Part shown: positions 24,467 through 38,544 of the stretch, piece after piece
Numbering within the stretch: position 1 is the first letter of the stretch
Layout of the letters: each line of letters starts with the position of its first letter
NCBI GenBank assembly: GCA_951406725.2
Contig: OX597822.1
Span: 60,078,001-60,142,000 of the forward strand
Reading direction: 5' to 3'
Origin: Octopus vulgaris
Lineage: Eukaryota
Length of the DNA: 64,000 nt
Position numbers and translations under genes: made by a program
Notes under the pieces: generated by a model
Seen by the model: only the letters and a program-made list of their open reading frames with translations
Told to the model about the DNA's origin: nothing
Databases searched by the model: none

Positions 24467-25362
24467 CAAGATGATATCAAAAAATTCCCAGACTAGTTCT
24501 GTAGTGCACCAACAGATGACAGCACACGGTAGCATGCACAGTAAGAGCTAGCAGTGACCTTCATGAGGCATTGTGCTGAGTGATATCACTGTGTTTACTT
24601 CACAAGTTGTGAAATTTGTATTTTTGTGATCAAGTATATGCTGTAGTCTACAATTTTTGGCATGGATAGGAAGTTAGATCAAAGAACCAACATGAAATTT
24701 TGCATTAAACTGGGGAAGTTTGATTGAACATGCTTCAGCAAACTTATTGTGACAAGGCAATGGATTATATGCAATGTTTCAAGTGGCAAGGGTGCACAAC
24801 AGAGCCACAGCTCAATCAAGAGCATGTTCATAATTTTTTGCAAAATTGGCAGAATTGTGCATCAAGAATTCATCCCTCAGGGTTAGACCATTAATCAAAA
24901 GTTCTATTGCAATGTTTTGAAGCATTTGAGAGAGGACAATCAGTGAAAGCAATCAGAACTGTGGAGTGCGAAGAATTGGATTCTTTCCAACAATAATCTA
25001 CCCTGTAATCAAGTTTTCTTCACTTGTGAGTTTCTTATCAAATACAACATTGTATCACTTCCACACCAGTCTTATTCACCAGATTTAGCACATGTGGACT
25101 TCTATCTCTTCCCCAAGATGAAAATGCAGCTCAAAAGTTGTCATTTTAATACCATTGTTGAGATCCAGAGCAAACTGCAGAAGGTCCTCAACTTGCTTAT
25201 GGAAAACAACTTCCGGGCTGGATTCCAAAAGTGGTAAGAATGCTGGGACCAATAGATTGCTGCACAAAATGGCTATTTCAAAGGAGATGATGTTAAAACA
25301 TGGGTAAATAAGTTATTTTTTATTAAACATAATTAGTCCAGAAATTTTTTGATACCACCTCA
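24467..25362 (+). mobile_element. Internally deleted mariner, same family as 5951-7065
   Basis: Both TIRs present (right TIR AGTCCAGAAATTTTTTGATACCACCTCA); lacks about 420 bp matching 6232-6648. Confidence 0.9.
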
Positions 25363-25502
25363 TATAACTTCCACGGCCTGGTAGAGGATTTGGAATGTAT
25401 AATCAATGGGACACAGTATGATTATTAAAACCAGTAAAAAATGAATTAGAAAATTGTCTCTATTTAGTAAAATTAACAAATTTAAGAAAATGTTTCATTT
25501 AC

Positions 25503-25636
25503 TCATATCTATTCCAGAATGAATGCCAATTTCTTTCTGGGCCATTGCAAATGTTATATCTGGATAAGCTGTCTTGTCCCGTGCTGACTTTTTTGGATGT
25601 ACCATAACATAATACTGTGTTGTACCAAAAACTATT
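25503..25636 (-). CDS. KIF28: Kinesin exon: RIVFGTTQYYVMVHPKKSARDKTAYPDITFAMAQKEIGIHSGIDM
   Basis: ttctag|A...ATG A|gtaaat; 134 nt; donor is weak but forced by a downstream in-frame TGA. Confidence 0.88.
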
Positions 25637-27600
25637 CTAGAAAAAAATTACAAGCAATGCAATGGTTTTCAAAAACTGCATTAGAATAGGAAAGGTAAAT
25701 CATATGACAATAAAGTACAAAGCAAAATCAGTAAGATGAGTTCAAAGTTTTATTTAGTATTGTTTCATAGTGTTCCCTGTAATATTAGATTAAACCATTA
25801 AAAGTGTTTAGCATTGGTTAAGAAAATTAATAAGAATTTGCAATGAAATTTTTTGGTAATTGAATGGTGAGAAGTAACATTTTTAGAAATATATTTTCTT
25901 CTGGATACTAAAGCTAGCTTATGATCTCTGTTTCTTTGTGAAATATAACTTTAGTATATGATACATTTAACCAATTCATAAATGATCTTACCAGAATTAT
26001 ATTTAATGATATTCTTGTTTTTCATTAGTCATCCCGACAACTGACAGTGTTGTGTATTTAGTCAAGAGTGGATAATATAAAACCAGAGTGAGAATGTATA
26101 TTGGTTCCATTGAATACAAGCTGAGATAGGCAGTGAAGTGGCTGAATCATTAGAGTGTTAAATAAAATGCTATATGTTATGACTTTTTGTGCTCTGAGTT
26201 CAAATCCTGCCAAGTCAGTTTTGCCTTTCATCCTTCTGGAAATTGATTTTAAAAAGTACCAATCCAGAGTGGTAGATTGCTCTACAGAATTTGTCCAATT
26301 TTTTTGCAATCTGAGTTCAAATCTTGTCATAAGCTGGGTGTTAAACTCAATCTATTGCCCAGTTTAACACTACCACATAGCCTTGGATGCCTTTAGCAGA
26401 TCCATGCAATCACAAACATTTAAGCCAGATTTCTGATTTGAGGATACTTTCCTTCCCACCTCCTACTTTTCTCAGAAGCCCTGTAAATAAACCAGGTCAC
26501 TGCTTTCCCTTCCAACTAAAAGATTGGAAAAAATTCTAGCTGATATACTAGATCTTCCTGAAGTCAGCCTTGCTATTCACCATTTTGTTGTCAATAAAAT
26601 AAAGAATCATTTAAGTACTGGGGTCAGTTTACTCTTGACTATACTCTGCTTCCAATATTTGTGACTTGGTGCTAATATTAGAAATCAATATTTCATGACA
26701 TAATACTTATTTCTGAATCTACCAAGCATTTTGGTAGAGATTGTAAATTGCTTTCACTCCAACTGATATATTAAACAAACATCTATTTTGTTATTGGAGA
26801 GGACAGTAAGTTACCCCGTAAATAGTTCTTATCCAATTACTGAAAATTACACAATGCAGATGACTGAATTTCCACCAAACACTCTATGTTCAGCTATAAG
26901 TAACTATCACATTGGGAGCTATAACATTGGCACAAAGTTAAAAACTTTGGAGATAGAGCAGAGTCAAGTTCAGTACTTGTCTGGCTCTTTATTTAATCAA
27001 CCCCAGAAGGATGAAAGGCAAAGCTGGCTTCTGTAATATTTGAACTAAAAACATAGAAGGTCATAACTAAATACTACAAGGAATTTTGTCAAATGCTCAA
27101 ATGAGTCTACCAACTGACATTTGTGGTTCTTTCATAGACAGTGTTTCCTCAAAGAATTCCACTATAATTAAAACCATGGCTAATAATAAAATAATTGATT
27201 GAGAGTCATGAGCGATACAACCACATGTGATGGAGATTATAGATAACAGCTGTAAACATGTGTAGCCAAAGCAGCCAAATCATAGTTGTCTCAATTTGAT
27301 AATTATATAAACATTAAAGCTCGTATATTGTCAATCTTCGACAATCAGAGCTGAAATCAATTGAATAAGTTGGCAAATTTGTATATTTGCACATTTTTAG
27401 AGTTACTGATTTCCATCCTGAAGCCTTTGATTATCTTGAAAGAAACCAAAATATATCTTTCTCTTTTTTTGATCATTTAAACCTGACATATCAACTGGAA
27501 ATGAGAAAATACATGAGTTACAGTTTAGATTTAGGTTAAATTAGAAGACTTAATTCAAATTTGCAAATTTATTTCTGGAAAGAGAATTCTTAAAATTTAC

Positions 27601-27732
27601 CGATCATTGTGATGTAAAATAGTCTTGCTGGTAACTTGCACACCATTTACAAGCAGTCGAACATTGCTGTCTGTTGGTTCAATAGTCCAGTCATTTTTAT
27701 TTTGACATATAGATGCGTGTTTTCCAGCAATG
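27601..27732 (-). CDS. KIF28: Kinesin exon (FHA): SIAGKHASICQNKNDWTIEPTDSNVRLLVNGVQVTSKTILHHND
   Basis: attag|C...CG|gtaaat; 132 nt; VNG...LHHNDR FHA motif. Confidence 0.92.
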
Positions 27733-28755
27733 CTAATTAAGAAAAGAACATGAAAGATGAGTATAGAAAACATTAGTTAATATAAACCCATGTTTAATTT
27801 CAGGATAAACAAAAATATGAATTTACTGCTTTCTCATATGGTACGCAACAAACATAGAAAATTTAGTAACAAATCAATTAGAATGTTAGTACCTTAAATT
27901 TACAAGAATACTCTCATTATTGTGTTCAAATACTGCCGTTCTCAATTTTATTCAGCTGGAAGTTTGCCACCAAAATTCAACTACAGCATATCAGAACTTG
28001 ATTTATTGTAGTATAAAGTACTTTTTTTTTTTTTACCTGTTTGCAACAATTCAAAGTAAACATAAAGGAGAAAATGAAACAAAAAGGGAAACTGACAAAA
28101 ACTTTTGTGGATGATTCTGCAGGTTTATAAATTGATCTGGAATCCATATTGAAGTTGGAAGGGAAAGTATAATAGAAGTGTCAGTAATAGTGCAGTAGCT
28201 AAAATACAAAATAAAAAATTTTGAAGCTGGTAATTTTATTGGTTACGATAAATATTGAGGAAATGGAACTGCTTTAGAAACAAATGACTAATAAACTTGT
28301 AAGACGAATGGAAATTGCAACAGGGGGTGCAACAGATATTATTCAATTTTATTTAAGCATGGAAAACTCTAAAATAGATAACAGGAATATCAGTTAGATT
28401 TTTTTATATTCAGTAAAACTAAAGAGTTCTCAATGCTTTGTCATATGGTCATTCACTCAGAGTGACCAATGTGTGAATAGATGAGAGAATGTTAACAGAA
28501 TAACCAGGATAGTAGGGTTGAGGGAGCAATTGTAGGATGGCAGAAATGATTGGAATGAAAGGATAGTGTGAGTGATGGCTAGTAGTAAATGTGGACAACA
28601 GTGTAAATAATTGGTATTAATAACAAGTGAAATGAGGAAGAGGGAAAGATAGGCAATACAGAAGTGGGGTAATAGGGAGTACCAAGTACTGCTGAATTTA
28701 GTTACACTAACAGTATAATATGTTGACTAGAAGAGAGATGTAGTGGGGGGAGAGG

Positions 28756-30283
28756 CACAGCCAGGTTTATAGGGGTGCAGAGGGGGCAATTGTCCTAGGC
28801 ATCTGTTGATACCGGAGGTGGGGATCCCTGCTATTAAGGGCATGTAGCCCTCCATACAGGATTCATGACCTTGACTTGACCAATCACAGTTAAAGGCACA
28901 CACACACACACAAACATTTCTACTTCTAAACATTTTTCGGTAAGGTATTGAAAACTGGTCTTATTTTATGAAACAAGTAAGTATAGAAATGTTCTAAAAA
29001 CTTTGAATTCAGTTTTAATTATAAAATTACATATCTCAACACCTAAAAGCATTTTTTTAAGAATTATTGCATATATACTCGCATGTTTTTCATTAAATCA
29101 AACATTTTTCTTTCTTATTTTTTCCGATATTTTTCGTCATTCTGTCAAACACTGGAAATTATAACATGGAAGTGGGGCAAAATTGGTAACTGGGTCAAAA
29201 TGAATAATTTCTGATTTTTTGTTATTGTCTCCCTACCTGTTTGAAACCATTACATTGCAATTATTGCATCCCCATTTTGTACCATTGCATTATCTTTGGG
29301 AGTAAAAATTGGTCGGTATAGTTTATGTAGTTGTTTTTGAAGTTGAGAGTTTAAAACAGGTGGCAGGTACCTTTTTATTCAAGAAATTTTTCTTCAAATT
29401 TGACCCAATTGCAATTAAGGTTGCTAATAAAATATCTAGATAACTTTTGGTGTTTAACCATCAATATTCCTTTCTCTGTTTGATTCCACATCAATTTTCT
29501 TCCAAACTAATATCTAATTTGATAATTTTCAAGTTTTAAAAAAAAAGTCTAAATCGGGACAAAATGAGTAATGATAAATTATTAAATAAACTATTTCTTT
29601 ACATGGTACATGGAAGAAAGCTACTCCAGCAGATTGTGAAGAAGATATAGAGAATATTTCATGCTGAGTTTTAGATTTAGTTGGGTTTCATTAATTTCAT
29701 ATCATGTGCTATTTTCCCATGACCCTCTTTCATCTGACCCAGGTATTTTAAATTTTTGTTGCATTTCTGATTTTTCTGATATCTCAGGATGGAAGTTTAT
29801 GTGTATGAATCTTTTTTCAAATGTAATTCTGCAGAACTGGAAAAGCAAGTTTACTTTATTTTGTCTTACTCGTTTTGCCCTACCACCAAATTTGTCTTCT
29901 ATATGCTCAAAGAGAACAGTGATAAATTTCTGAAATAGTGTTCTGAACATGTTATAGGTCTTACTGCATTTAGAGAAGGTCTTTACTTAGCTGATATAGT
30001 TTTGGCAAGGTAGTGAACATTTGTAAAAAATATTTTTTCTTCAAAGCCAAAAATGCAGTAAATATTACTCATTGTACCTCACCTAACCCTACTGGAAACT
30101 GGAAAAGCAGACTTTCGGAAATAGCTGTTTGAATTTTCCCATTTTTGTTGGGATTTCCATCCACTTTTTTTTTTCACACATTGCAGAACAATGAAGGGAA
30201 GCTGTTTTAAAAGAAGAATTTTTAAATATACGTCTTTTAAATGTTGCTGTCTCCACCTACCCCCTCACATATACACACATACT

Positions 30284-30316
<33 letters not shown>

Positions 30317-30723
30317 CATGCCTTTGGAACAGCAACAACCACAAAAATGATTTTTTTTCTTTTTTGTAATTTTCTGTCATTTTATCTTAGTCCATGTTTC
30401 TGAAACATTTGTAACTCACATTAAAAGAAAAAAAATCTTACCCCTTCTTCCCCACTTCTTTATACGTTTCACAATGAAGGAAAAGTCAAACACTGCAAGT
30501 GGATGTGTGAAAAATGAAATTTGAATTTTGAATTGTATCTATAAAGTGACACTTTCAGTCATTTATTTAAACTTTCTCTGCTAACTCATCAAATTCACTT
30601 ATGTGAAATAGATGTGGTTTGAAATTTAAATTTTGTAATTTTCTAAGATTTTAATTCTTGTGTTTAAGGGGTCCACCCAAACTTGAAGTGCCCTGAGTCC
30701 CCCATGGTTTAAATCTGGTCCTG
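28756..30723. mobile_element. Non-autonomous hAT-like element of about 2 kb, possibly with a nested element at about 29170-30092
   Basis: 8-bp TSD GGGAGAGG (28748-28755, 30724-30731); imperfect TIRs CACAGCCAGGTTTA / TAAATCTGGTCCTG. Confidence 0.65.
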
Positions 30724-31244
30724 GGGAGAGGGAAAGCAATAGATAGACAAGTGTTAGAGAGATGAGTGAGAGGGAGATGAGAAGATATCAAATAAGGAAG
30801 AGATGTAAAAACTGTGGTTGACAAGGATTTATTGGGAAAACTTACTCTAAAAGATTACAAATGGGAACATTTTGATAGAAGGCTGCAAGTAAGTCAGTCA
30901 AAAATTAAATCTGATGAAAGAGTAAACAAACGTGGATCAGTGTACTATTGATATTTAGTCAAATTTATGTCTAATCAAGGAAAAGCCATGATGTTAACTA
31001 CAAGAAAGGATACTCGCAAAATACATAGGCAAAATTTCATACACTTTGGATAATTTTTCATGAAGTTGTTACAAGTTAAATTGATATAGTATTTAATTAA
31101 CCTGGCTTTAAAGGTATTGTAGGCTGCTGTGTATGTAAATATATTTGTGTGTATGTGTATGTGAGAGAGAGAGAGAGTGAAAGAGGAAATGAGTGTGAGA
31201 GAGAGTGAAAGAGGGAGTGAGTGAATGAGAGAGAGAAAGAGAGA

Positions 31245-31275
<31 letters not shown>

Positions 31276-31834
31276 GTAGCATGTTGTTGAGTAATAAGAA
31301 TTTGGGACTGATTCACAAACTGGCTTCTTGTTTCACTGACTGGAAATTTTGGCACATCTGCTAACTTCTGTTTTCACATTACTTTTTTGTCCACAAACGT
31401 CTATTTGTTTGGGCTAAATCTAGCAATCAAATGTGTCAGCTTGATCCTTCAGTTCATGACTTTTCTTTCTAATGGCTATTATAGAATTAGACAATAACAG
31501 TTGGTGTGCAGCATTTGAAACAGAACGTTTTACTTTTGGTCTTTGCAATGACAGTAAAAGCAACTATCATTACTATTGTGTCATCACAACAACAACTAGC
31601 AACAAATACTAAGAGTTGTTTGTTAAAACAAGCTAAAATATGTGGTAAATCCTCTAACCTTAATCAGAAACTGATTAGGATTAGGCGATTTGCACACACA
31701 CACACATGTATGCAACTAACAATTCAACCAAAATTTTTTCACACGCACATTCATAAGTATATGCTGTGAACATGTTTACCAAAGGTATTTTAGTTATTCC
31801 TCTGACTTAACATTTTATTAGAACATTCTCTCTC

Positions 31835-32227
31835 TCTTTACTCTCTTTTATTCTTTTTCTTGTTGCAGTCATTTGACTGTGGCCATGCTGGAGCACCGCC
31901 TTTAGTCAAGCAAATCAACCCCAGGACTTATTCTTTGTAAGCCTAGTACTTATTCTATCAATCTCTTTTGCTGAACTGCATCAGTTGTCAAGCAATGGTG
32001 GTGGGGGGGGTCAAACACAGACACACAAACATATACACACATACATATATATATATACATATATACGACGGGATTCTTTCAGTTTCCATCTACCAAACCC
32101 ACTCACAAGGCTTTGGTCAGCCCGAGGCTATAGTAGAAGACACTTGCCCAAGGTGCCACGCAGTGGGAATGAACCTGGAACTATGTGGCTGGTAAGCAAA
32201 CTACTTACCACACAGCCACTCCTGCAC
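31835..32227 (-). mobile_element. tRNA-derived SINE (family A)
   Basis: Reverse complement of the 34656-35007 family; internal (CA/TA) tract. Confidence 0.9.
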
Positions 32228-33054
32228 CTCTGGATAGTTGTGACTCACTATAATTTATAGAAATGCTGAAATATATGCTTATATTTCACAGAAGACTCAT
32301 TAATTATCCCTTTAAAAGTGCCTCCATTTTTCTTCTCTCCTTTCTCTACAAAATACCAACATTAACTCTCACATTGGTACCCTACAACGAACCATTATAT
32401 AAATCATACACAAATACTTATAAGGGGAATCCAAGCATTTACACACACACACACACAAACAGACAAATTTATACCAGACAACTGTCTGAGGAATGGCTAT
32501 GTGAATCTCTGAATAACAGTTGGTGAAATTCATTGAAAAAATATTTACAAACAAAATGAAAACTAACACAGCTGCAAATCTAACACCAAATAGATATTGA
32601 TTTTAAAAGAATACTATTTGTAATTAAAAAAAAAAGAAAAAGAAAACTTTTAAATCATTTAAAATTCATTTTTTTCTCTTACAGATTCTGAATGCCAGAA
32701 AATTGAAAACAAAATAAATTGACAGTTGCTGCATAAAAAAAAATGCATCTAGTGATGGATTAAAAATTACATATAAGATCAAATAACTGACTTCTTTTTT
32801 AATAAGCTATTTTACTGAAAATGTTATTATTACTGTAATCAATATTCCTTCTGGTTTTTGCTGAAGGTGTGTACAATAATTTTCTTAAAAGCAATTTATT
32901 CTTTCTTTGCAAAGTAAGTGTTCATGCATGCAAATAACCAATACTCAAATTTCCTCTTCAATTTCATCATGAAAACCCTGTGTGTGCATCTTTTTCCTTT
33001 GTGCATGAGTTGTAAAATAAGTGCATGCAAACAAGAACATAGATTAGAGACAAT

Positions 33055-33662
33055 CATCATCATCATCGTTTAACGTCCATTTTCCATGTTAGCATGGCTT
33101 GGACGGTTTGACTGGGGTCTGGAAAGCCAGGAGGCTGCGCCAAGCTCCAGTCTGATCTGGCTGTGTTTCTACAGCTGGATGCCCTTCCTAACGCCAACCA
33201 ATCCGTGAGTGTAGTGGGTGCTTTTTATGTGCCACCAGCAAAGGGGCCATAGGAGGCTGGCAAACGGCCATGATCAGTTGGTGCTTTTTACGTGTCACTG
33301 ACACGGACGCCAGTCAGTCGGTACTTGTATCGGCCACATTCAGATGGTGCTTTTTACATGCCACCGGCATAGGTATCACAACTATAATTTCCATTTGATT
33401 TTTATTTTCATGTTGATGTTGATGTACTTGACTCAATAGGTCTCCTCAAGCACAACGAGTCACCCTACGATCCAAGGTTAGCACAGCAGGCCATCCTGTG
33501 AGCCATGAACTCACTTCATTTGTCGGGTCTTCACAGTCACCGCATATCTCAGAGGTTTCGGTTCTTTGTCATTGCCTCTGTGAGGCCTAACGTGTCACAG
33601 GCATAGGTATCACAACTACAATATCTATTTGATTTTTATTTTGATGTTGATGCACTTGCCTC
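33055..33662 (-). mobile_element. RTE-related 3' UTR fragment with (CAT)n tail
   Basis: Reverse of GTTGGCGTTAGGAAGGGCATCCAGCTGTAGAAAC...GGACGTTAAACGATGATG; internal duplication 33366-33435 / 33598-33665. Confidence 0.8.
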
Positions 33663-33867
33663 AATCTCAATATTGATTGTAATAAAGTAATATAAGGACA
33701 TATGTCAGCATGTAAGTATCTATGTATGTGAAACAGAAGGACTGACTAGATGAAATTATCTTCTGAAAGTCAAGGAATCAAAGTTTATCAATGAAATGGT
33801 GAGACAACATTGCTGATAACAAAGCAAAACAATAATTTCAAAAGAGCAAGAGAGAGAAAAAAGTTTC

Positions 33868-33876
33868 AGTCAGTCA

Positions 33877-33940
<64 letters not shown>
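33868..33940. repeat. (CAGT)n(CT)n microsatellite
   Basis: Directly visible. Confidence 0.95.
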
Positions 33941-33943
<3 letters not shown>

Positions 33944-34655
33944 TTTTTTGATAAATATGTTCTTTAGAAAATATCAAATATGACAGAATACAATATTTAG
34001 TTTGGGTCTCACTGCTTGCTGTCTAGCTCTGTGTCAGTACACTCTTTGCCTATGAGTCATTCAAGCTTATACCAAGCAGCTATGTGTAAAACAGAATACA
34101 ATCAATGAAAGTGACTGCAACTGACCTCACTATCTGACTGGTACTAATTTTATCACTATTTTACACATACACACACACACACACCTGTATGATGAACAGA
34201 AGAAGAGGTTCTCAACAACACATTGATAGATTGTGAATTATTTATTTGTTTCATTATCTTACAAAGCTGATATCAATGGTTTCCAAATACTGAAATATAT
34301 TAATATAAATCATCAGTAACCTTCAATCAGTGCCAGAGAACATAGCATATTTATGAAGGTGCAGTCATATTGAAACATGATAGACAGTTCTCAACCAGCT
34401 TGAGGCTTACTTAACATCATGTAGGTAGAGAGAAAATTATTTGTTTTTTTTTAATTATTTTATAAAGTCAGTACTGATGGTTTCATACCACTGATGTAAG
34501 TTTATATCCATCAACCATCCATAAAAAAATGGCTACACCTTAACAAATATCTCATGTTAACTAATATTAACTGAAAATAATTGCAGGCATATCACAATAT
34601 GAAACTGTAGGTCACCTTCATTCATAACATAATAAAGCAACTATATAGTCATACA

Positions 34656-35007
34656 CTGTGTGGTAATTAGCTTGCCACATGGTTCCGGGTTCATTCCCAC
34701 TGCGTGGCACCTTGGGCAAGTGTCTTCTACTATAGCCTCAGGCTGACCAAAGCCGGGTGAGTGGATTTGGTAGACGGAAACTGAAAGAAGCCCGTCGTAT
34801 ATATGTATGTGTGTCTGTGTTTGTCCCCCAACATCGCTTGACAACCGATGCTGGTGTGTTTATGTCCCCATAACTTAGCGGTTCAGCGAAAGAGACTGAT
34901 ACAATTAGTACTAGGCTTACAAAGAATAAGTCCTGGGGTCGATTTGCTCAACTAAAAGGCGGTGCTCCAGCATGGCCACAGTCAAATGACTGAAACAAGT
35001 AAAAGAG
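34656..35007 (+). mobile_element. tRNA-derived SINE (family A)
   Basis: tRNA-like head (TGTGTGGTAA...GGTTCCGGGTTCATTCCC), CACCTTGGGCAAGTG core, 3' end GACTGAAACAAGTAAAAGA; at least 6 copies in window. Confidence 0.9.
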
Positions 35008-35058
35008 ATATGTACACACACACACACATATATATATCATTTTCAGTCTTTTGTCTGC

Positions 35059-35097
<39 letters not shown>

Positions 35098-35176
35098 GCA
35101 TGTGTTCTTCTCAGTATAATATGTGTGTATATATATATATATATAATATATATATATATAATATATATATATATAA

Positions 35177-35440
35177 AAATTAGAGAAAAACTACTATTAT
35201 GCAATTCAAACAATGATAGACAAACCAAATCATAAATAAAAAAAAATATATATTTTTCTAAAACATATAACTAGATCACAAAAAGTATAAAAATGAATAA
35301 TCAATATATAAGTAATAAGTAATTTTATACTTTTTGTGATCTAGTTATATGTTTTAAAAAAATATATCTTATTTTTTATTTATGATTTGGTTTATGTCTA
35401 TCATTGTTTGAGTTGCATAATGGTGGTTTTTCTCTAATTT
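35177..35440. repeat. Inverted repeat, arms about 116 bp, 30-nt spacer (Penelope-end or fold-back)
   Basis: 35177-35292 is an imperfect reverse complement of 35323-35440. Confidence 0.85.
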
Positions 35441-35527
35441 ATATATTATATATTTACATTGTGAAATTTGACTTAATACTAAATTGAATTTTTCTCTGTA
35501 AGTTTGGAGTTATACTCCCTAATATTA

Positions 35528-35561
<34 letters not shown>

Positions 35562-35661
35562 AGAAGAATCTACACTAGGACAGTACAAAGTCAAGAGTAA
35601 CATTTTGCATTTTGGTTATTATTCTACTTGAGAAACAGAAATATATATGTAATTAACTCAC

Positions 35662-35828
35662 CTTGGGCCTTTTAAGCATATTGCATTTTCTACATCTTTA
35701 CCAACAGAAATAGGAGAGTTCTCAAAAAAATAAAAGACATGTCCAGTCAACTGTGGATCCATATTTAAATTATAAATATAAGGAACTGTTTTTTTCTTCT
35801 GTACCATGGCCTTTCTCATTTCAGCTGG
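35662..35828 (-). CDS. KIF28: Kinesin exon (FHA start): PAEMRKAMVQKKKTVPYIYNLNMDPQLTGHVFYFFENSPISVGKDVENAICLKGP
   Basis: ttattag|CCA...AG|gtgagt; 167 nt; NLNxDP motif of kinesin-3. Confidence 0.92.
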
Positions 35829-36828
35829 CTAATAAAAAAAATTATTTATATTTACTGCACAATTTTATTTTATTTTTACAATGTAATTATTTATCATTGT
35901 ATTACACAAACACACACACACATACACACAAACATCATCATCATCGTCATCATTGCTTAATGTCCACCTTCCATGCTGGCATGGGTTGAATCAAACATCA
36001 AACTCCAATATATATAATTAGAAGATTACAGTCATAAATTAATCTAATAACGCATATAATTAAATATGCTTTAAAACAATACTCATTGTAATAGGTAATA
36101 TTATTAGGTTTATTCCATTTTAAACATTAGAGAGATTTACAGTAAATTTTCATGAAACATTGATCCTAAAACCAAAATCCATAAAATTATTTGTAAAAAA
36201 AAAGTGAACAATCTATAAAGTATTAACTACATAACTATAAAGTTAATTCAGTAGAAGAGTGAAGGCTAACATATTTAACATAGAAATCCCAAACAATATT
36301 TTAATCAACAAAAATGACATCTGTCAAAATCATTAGCATTAATGACAATTTCTGTTAATAAAAGCTCAGGAGGCAAGACTTAAATCCAAAATGATTAGGA
36401 ATTGAATGGGTTCATACAGCAAAAAGTGATTCTAATCTTTATTAAGTCCTATGACAACTTTCAAAATGTTTTGACCTAATTAGACCCTCCTCAGTGAAAC
36501 AGCTTTATCAGCACAATATTTACTAGCTTAGAATGAAAGAGAATACATAAGTTAGCATTCACTAATTAGGCAGATTAAAATAAAAGCAAGGAAAAAAAGA
36601 ACACTAGTCTGCTGCTTAAAATCTTTCTATAATAATTGTATTCCCTCTCAGGATGTATTATAAGAATACAAACCAACATTAGTACTTGACTGGTACTTTT
36701 ATTGACTTTGGAAACAATGACAGACAAAGCTGATTTCAGAAATATTTGAACTCAAAATCTACGGAGTCATATACTACAAGTATTTTGTCTGCTGCTTGAA
36801 TGGTTTCATCAATCTAGAATATACTTAC

Positions 36829-36959
36829 TTGATGTGCTCGTTCTTCTGCCTCCTTTAAACGTTCAGCATAGGTTTTTCTGATGTCATCAATTCTTCGATT
36901 GTTTTCATCAAGAATGTTGCTATATTCCTCTTCAATTTCTTTCCTTAGTTCCCGTTTTT
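36829..36959 (-). CDS. KIF28: Kinesin exon (coiled coil): EKRELRKEIEEEYSNILDENNRRIDDIRKTYAERLKEAEERAHQ
   Basis: aaacag|AA...CAA|gtaagt; 131 nt, phase 1 to 0. Confidence 0.9.
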
Positions 36960-37619
36960 CTGTTTAAAATGAATTGAAATATTAGCAAAAGTTAAATCTG
37001 AATAAAAACAATAAATAGGATTAAACTGCTAAGAATTAATTGCTAAGATTTTCAATGAAAATGATGGACAATATAAGCACCAAATTATAGCAGAAAAGAG
37101 CAGGTTCAACATAAGCAGAATAAATTTTTCTGAAAGAAATTAGACAATTATTTTGTGGTATCAAAACAGAACAGCTGGAATAAAAACAAAGAAATTTATT
37201 CATAGAATTTTATTTGAGAAGAGAGAACAGTAAGGTAATTTTTTACTTTACAACAATTGTTCATTTTTTTCTTTAAGATCTGTTTTTCAAATAAGGCATT
37301 TTTCATTCCAGTGGAATTCAAAAGTGTAGATGATTTTCAGTCTGTAAATGTGAACTATCATCACTGGCTACAACCCAGCCACAAACTATGGTCACAAGCT
37401 ACGATGTCACCACCTGTACCTGTAGTCCAAATAAACCTTTTTTAAACATTCGCACACACATAAACACACTGAAAGGTAGTGTCGACCATGACAGAATTTG
37501 AACTCAATGTGCTGAGAGGCAGAACAAGTAGCATGGGGTACTCCATCCGATGTATTCTATTCAAAGTTCTAGTGACTTTAGCAATTCACTGCCTTCAAGA
37601 ATCATAGCATAACTGATTA

Positions 37620-38015
37620 GGTTATCATAGATGAAATACAGTTCATGCATATTCTAGAAGGAGGTGATGTCAAATGAGAGAACTATAGAAGTACTCAGCA
37701 TGCAATAAAACACTTTACCATGCATTTTGTGACCTGGAGAAAGCCTTTGACAGGTTTCCACACTCTTTAGTCTAATGATTGTGAAGAAATTTAGGATTAG
37801 ACTTGTGAAAGCTTTGAAAGCCATGCACAGAGGTAACATCAACCAGGTGAGAGTTACCAATGAGTTCAGTGAGAGATTTAATATGTTTGGTGATGCATGT
37901 CAGGACTTATTGCTCAGACTCTTTCTATTTATTATAGTCTTTCAAACCATAACGGAGAAGTTTAACATTAGCAACTTGTGGTAATGCCTGTATGCCAATG
38001 ACCAGTTCTCATAGC
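37620..38015 (+). mobile_element. Degenerate RTE RT fragment
   Basis: DLEKAFDR, VKALKAMHR..VRVTNEFSE, LFIIVFQTITEKF; matches 20040-20340. Confidence 0.75.
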
Positions 38016-38544
38016 TGCCCATGCTATTTCTAACAAATCCCCTTACCAAAAACCATCACATCCAGTACATTCAGTAAACTGGTTGGCATATGAATGTTAG
38101 GGACAAGGCATCTCTCTAGTAATAATGTTATGATAAATTACACCGAGTACACTCTTTAAAGTTACAGGAAATAGAAACCATGCTAACAACAGATTAATAT
38201 ATGAACAAAACAGAGTGGGTATATGTAAGAGGATAGTTGCTCCAAATAAGACCCTAATTTGGACTGTAATAATCCATTTATGTCATGCCAGTAAAGAAAA
38301 AAGAATGTTTAATGGGGATAATGAGGCTACTGTTATATGGATTACTCTGAGAATAGGACAGAATATGGAATATTATTAAAAGAGAGCAATTAAAGGTGAA
38401 ATGTAACACTTCAGTAAAGCACAAGGCACTTCAGATAGTTAAAAAATTTGGAATAGATACTCAATAAAAGCTCTGTTGGAAATTATGCCTATTCTCTGCC
38501 ATTTGGAATGATTAAACAAATGTTTGTGCAGAAAATATCCTTTT

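Noticed and set aside
34656-34710. tRNA-like sequence with A/B-box similarity
   Set aside because: SINE head; no complete cloverleaf, and it continues into the SINE body
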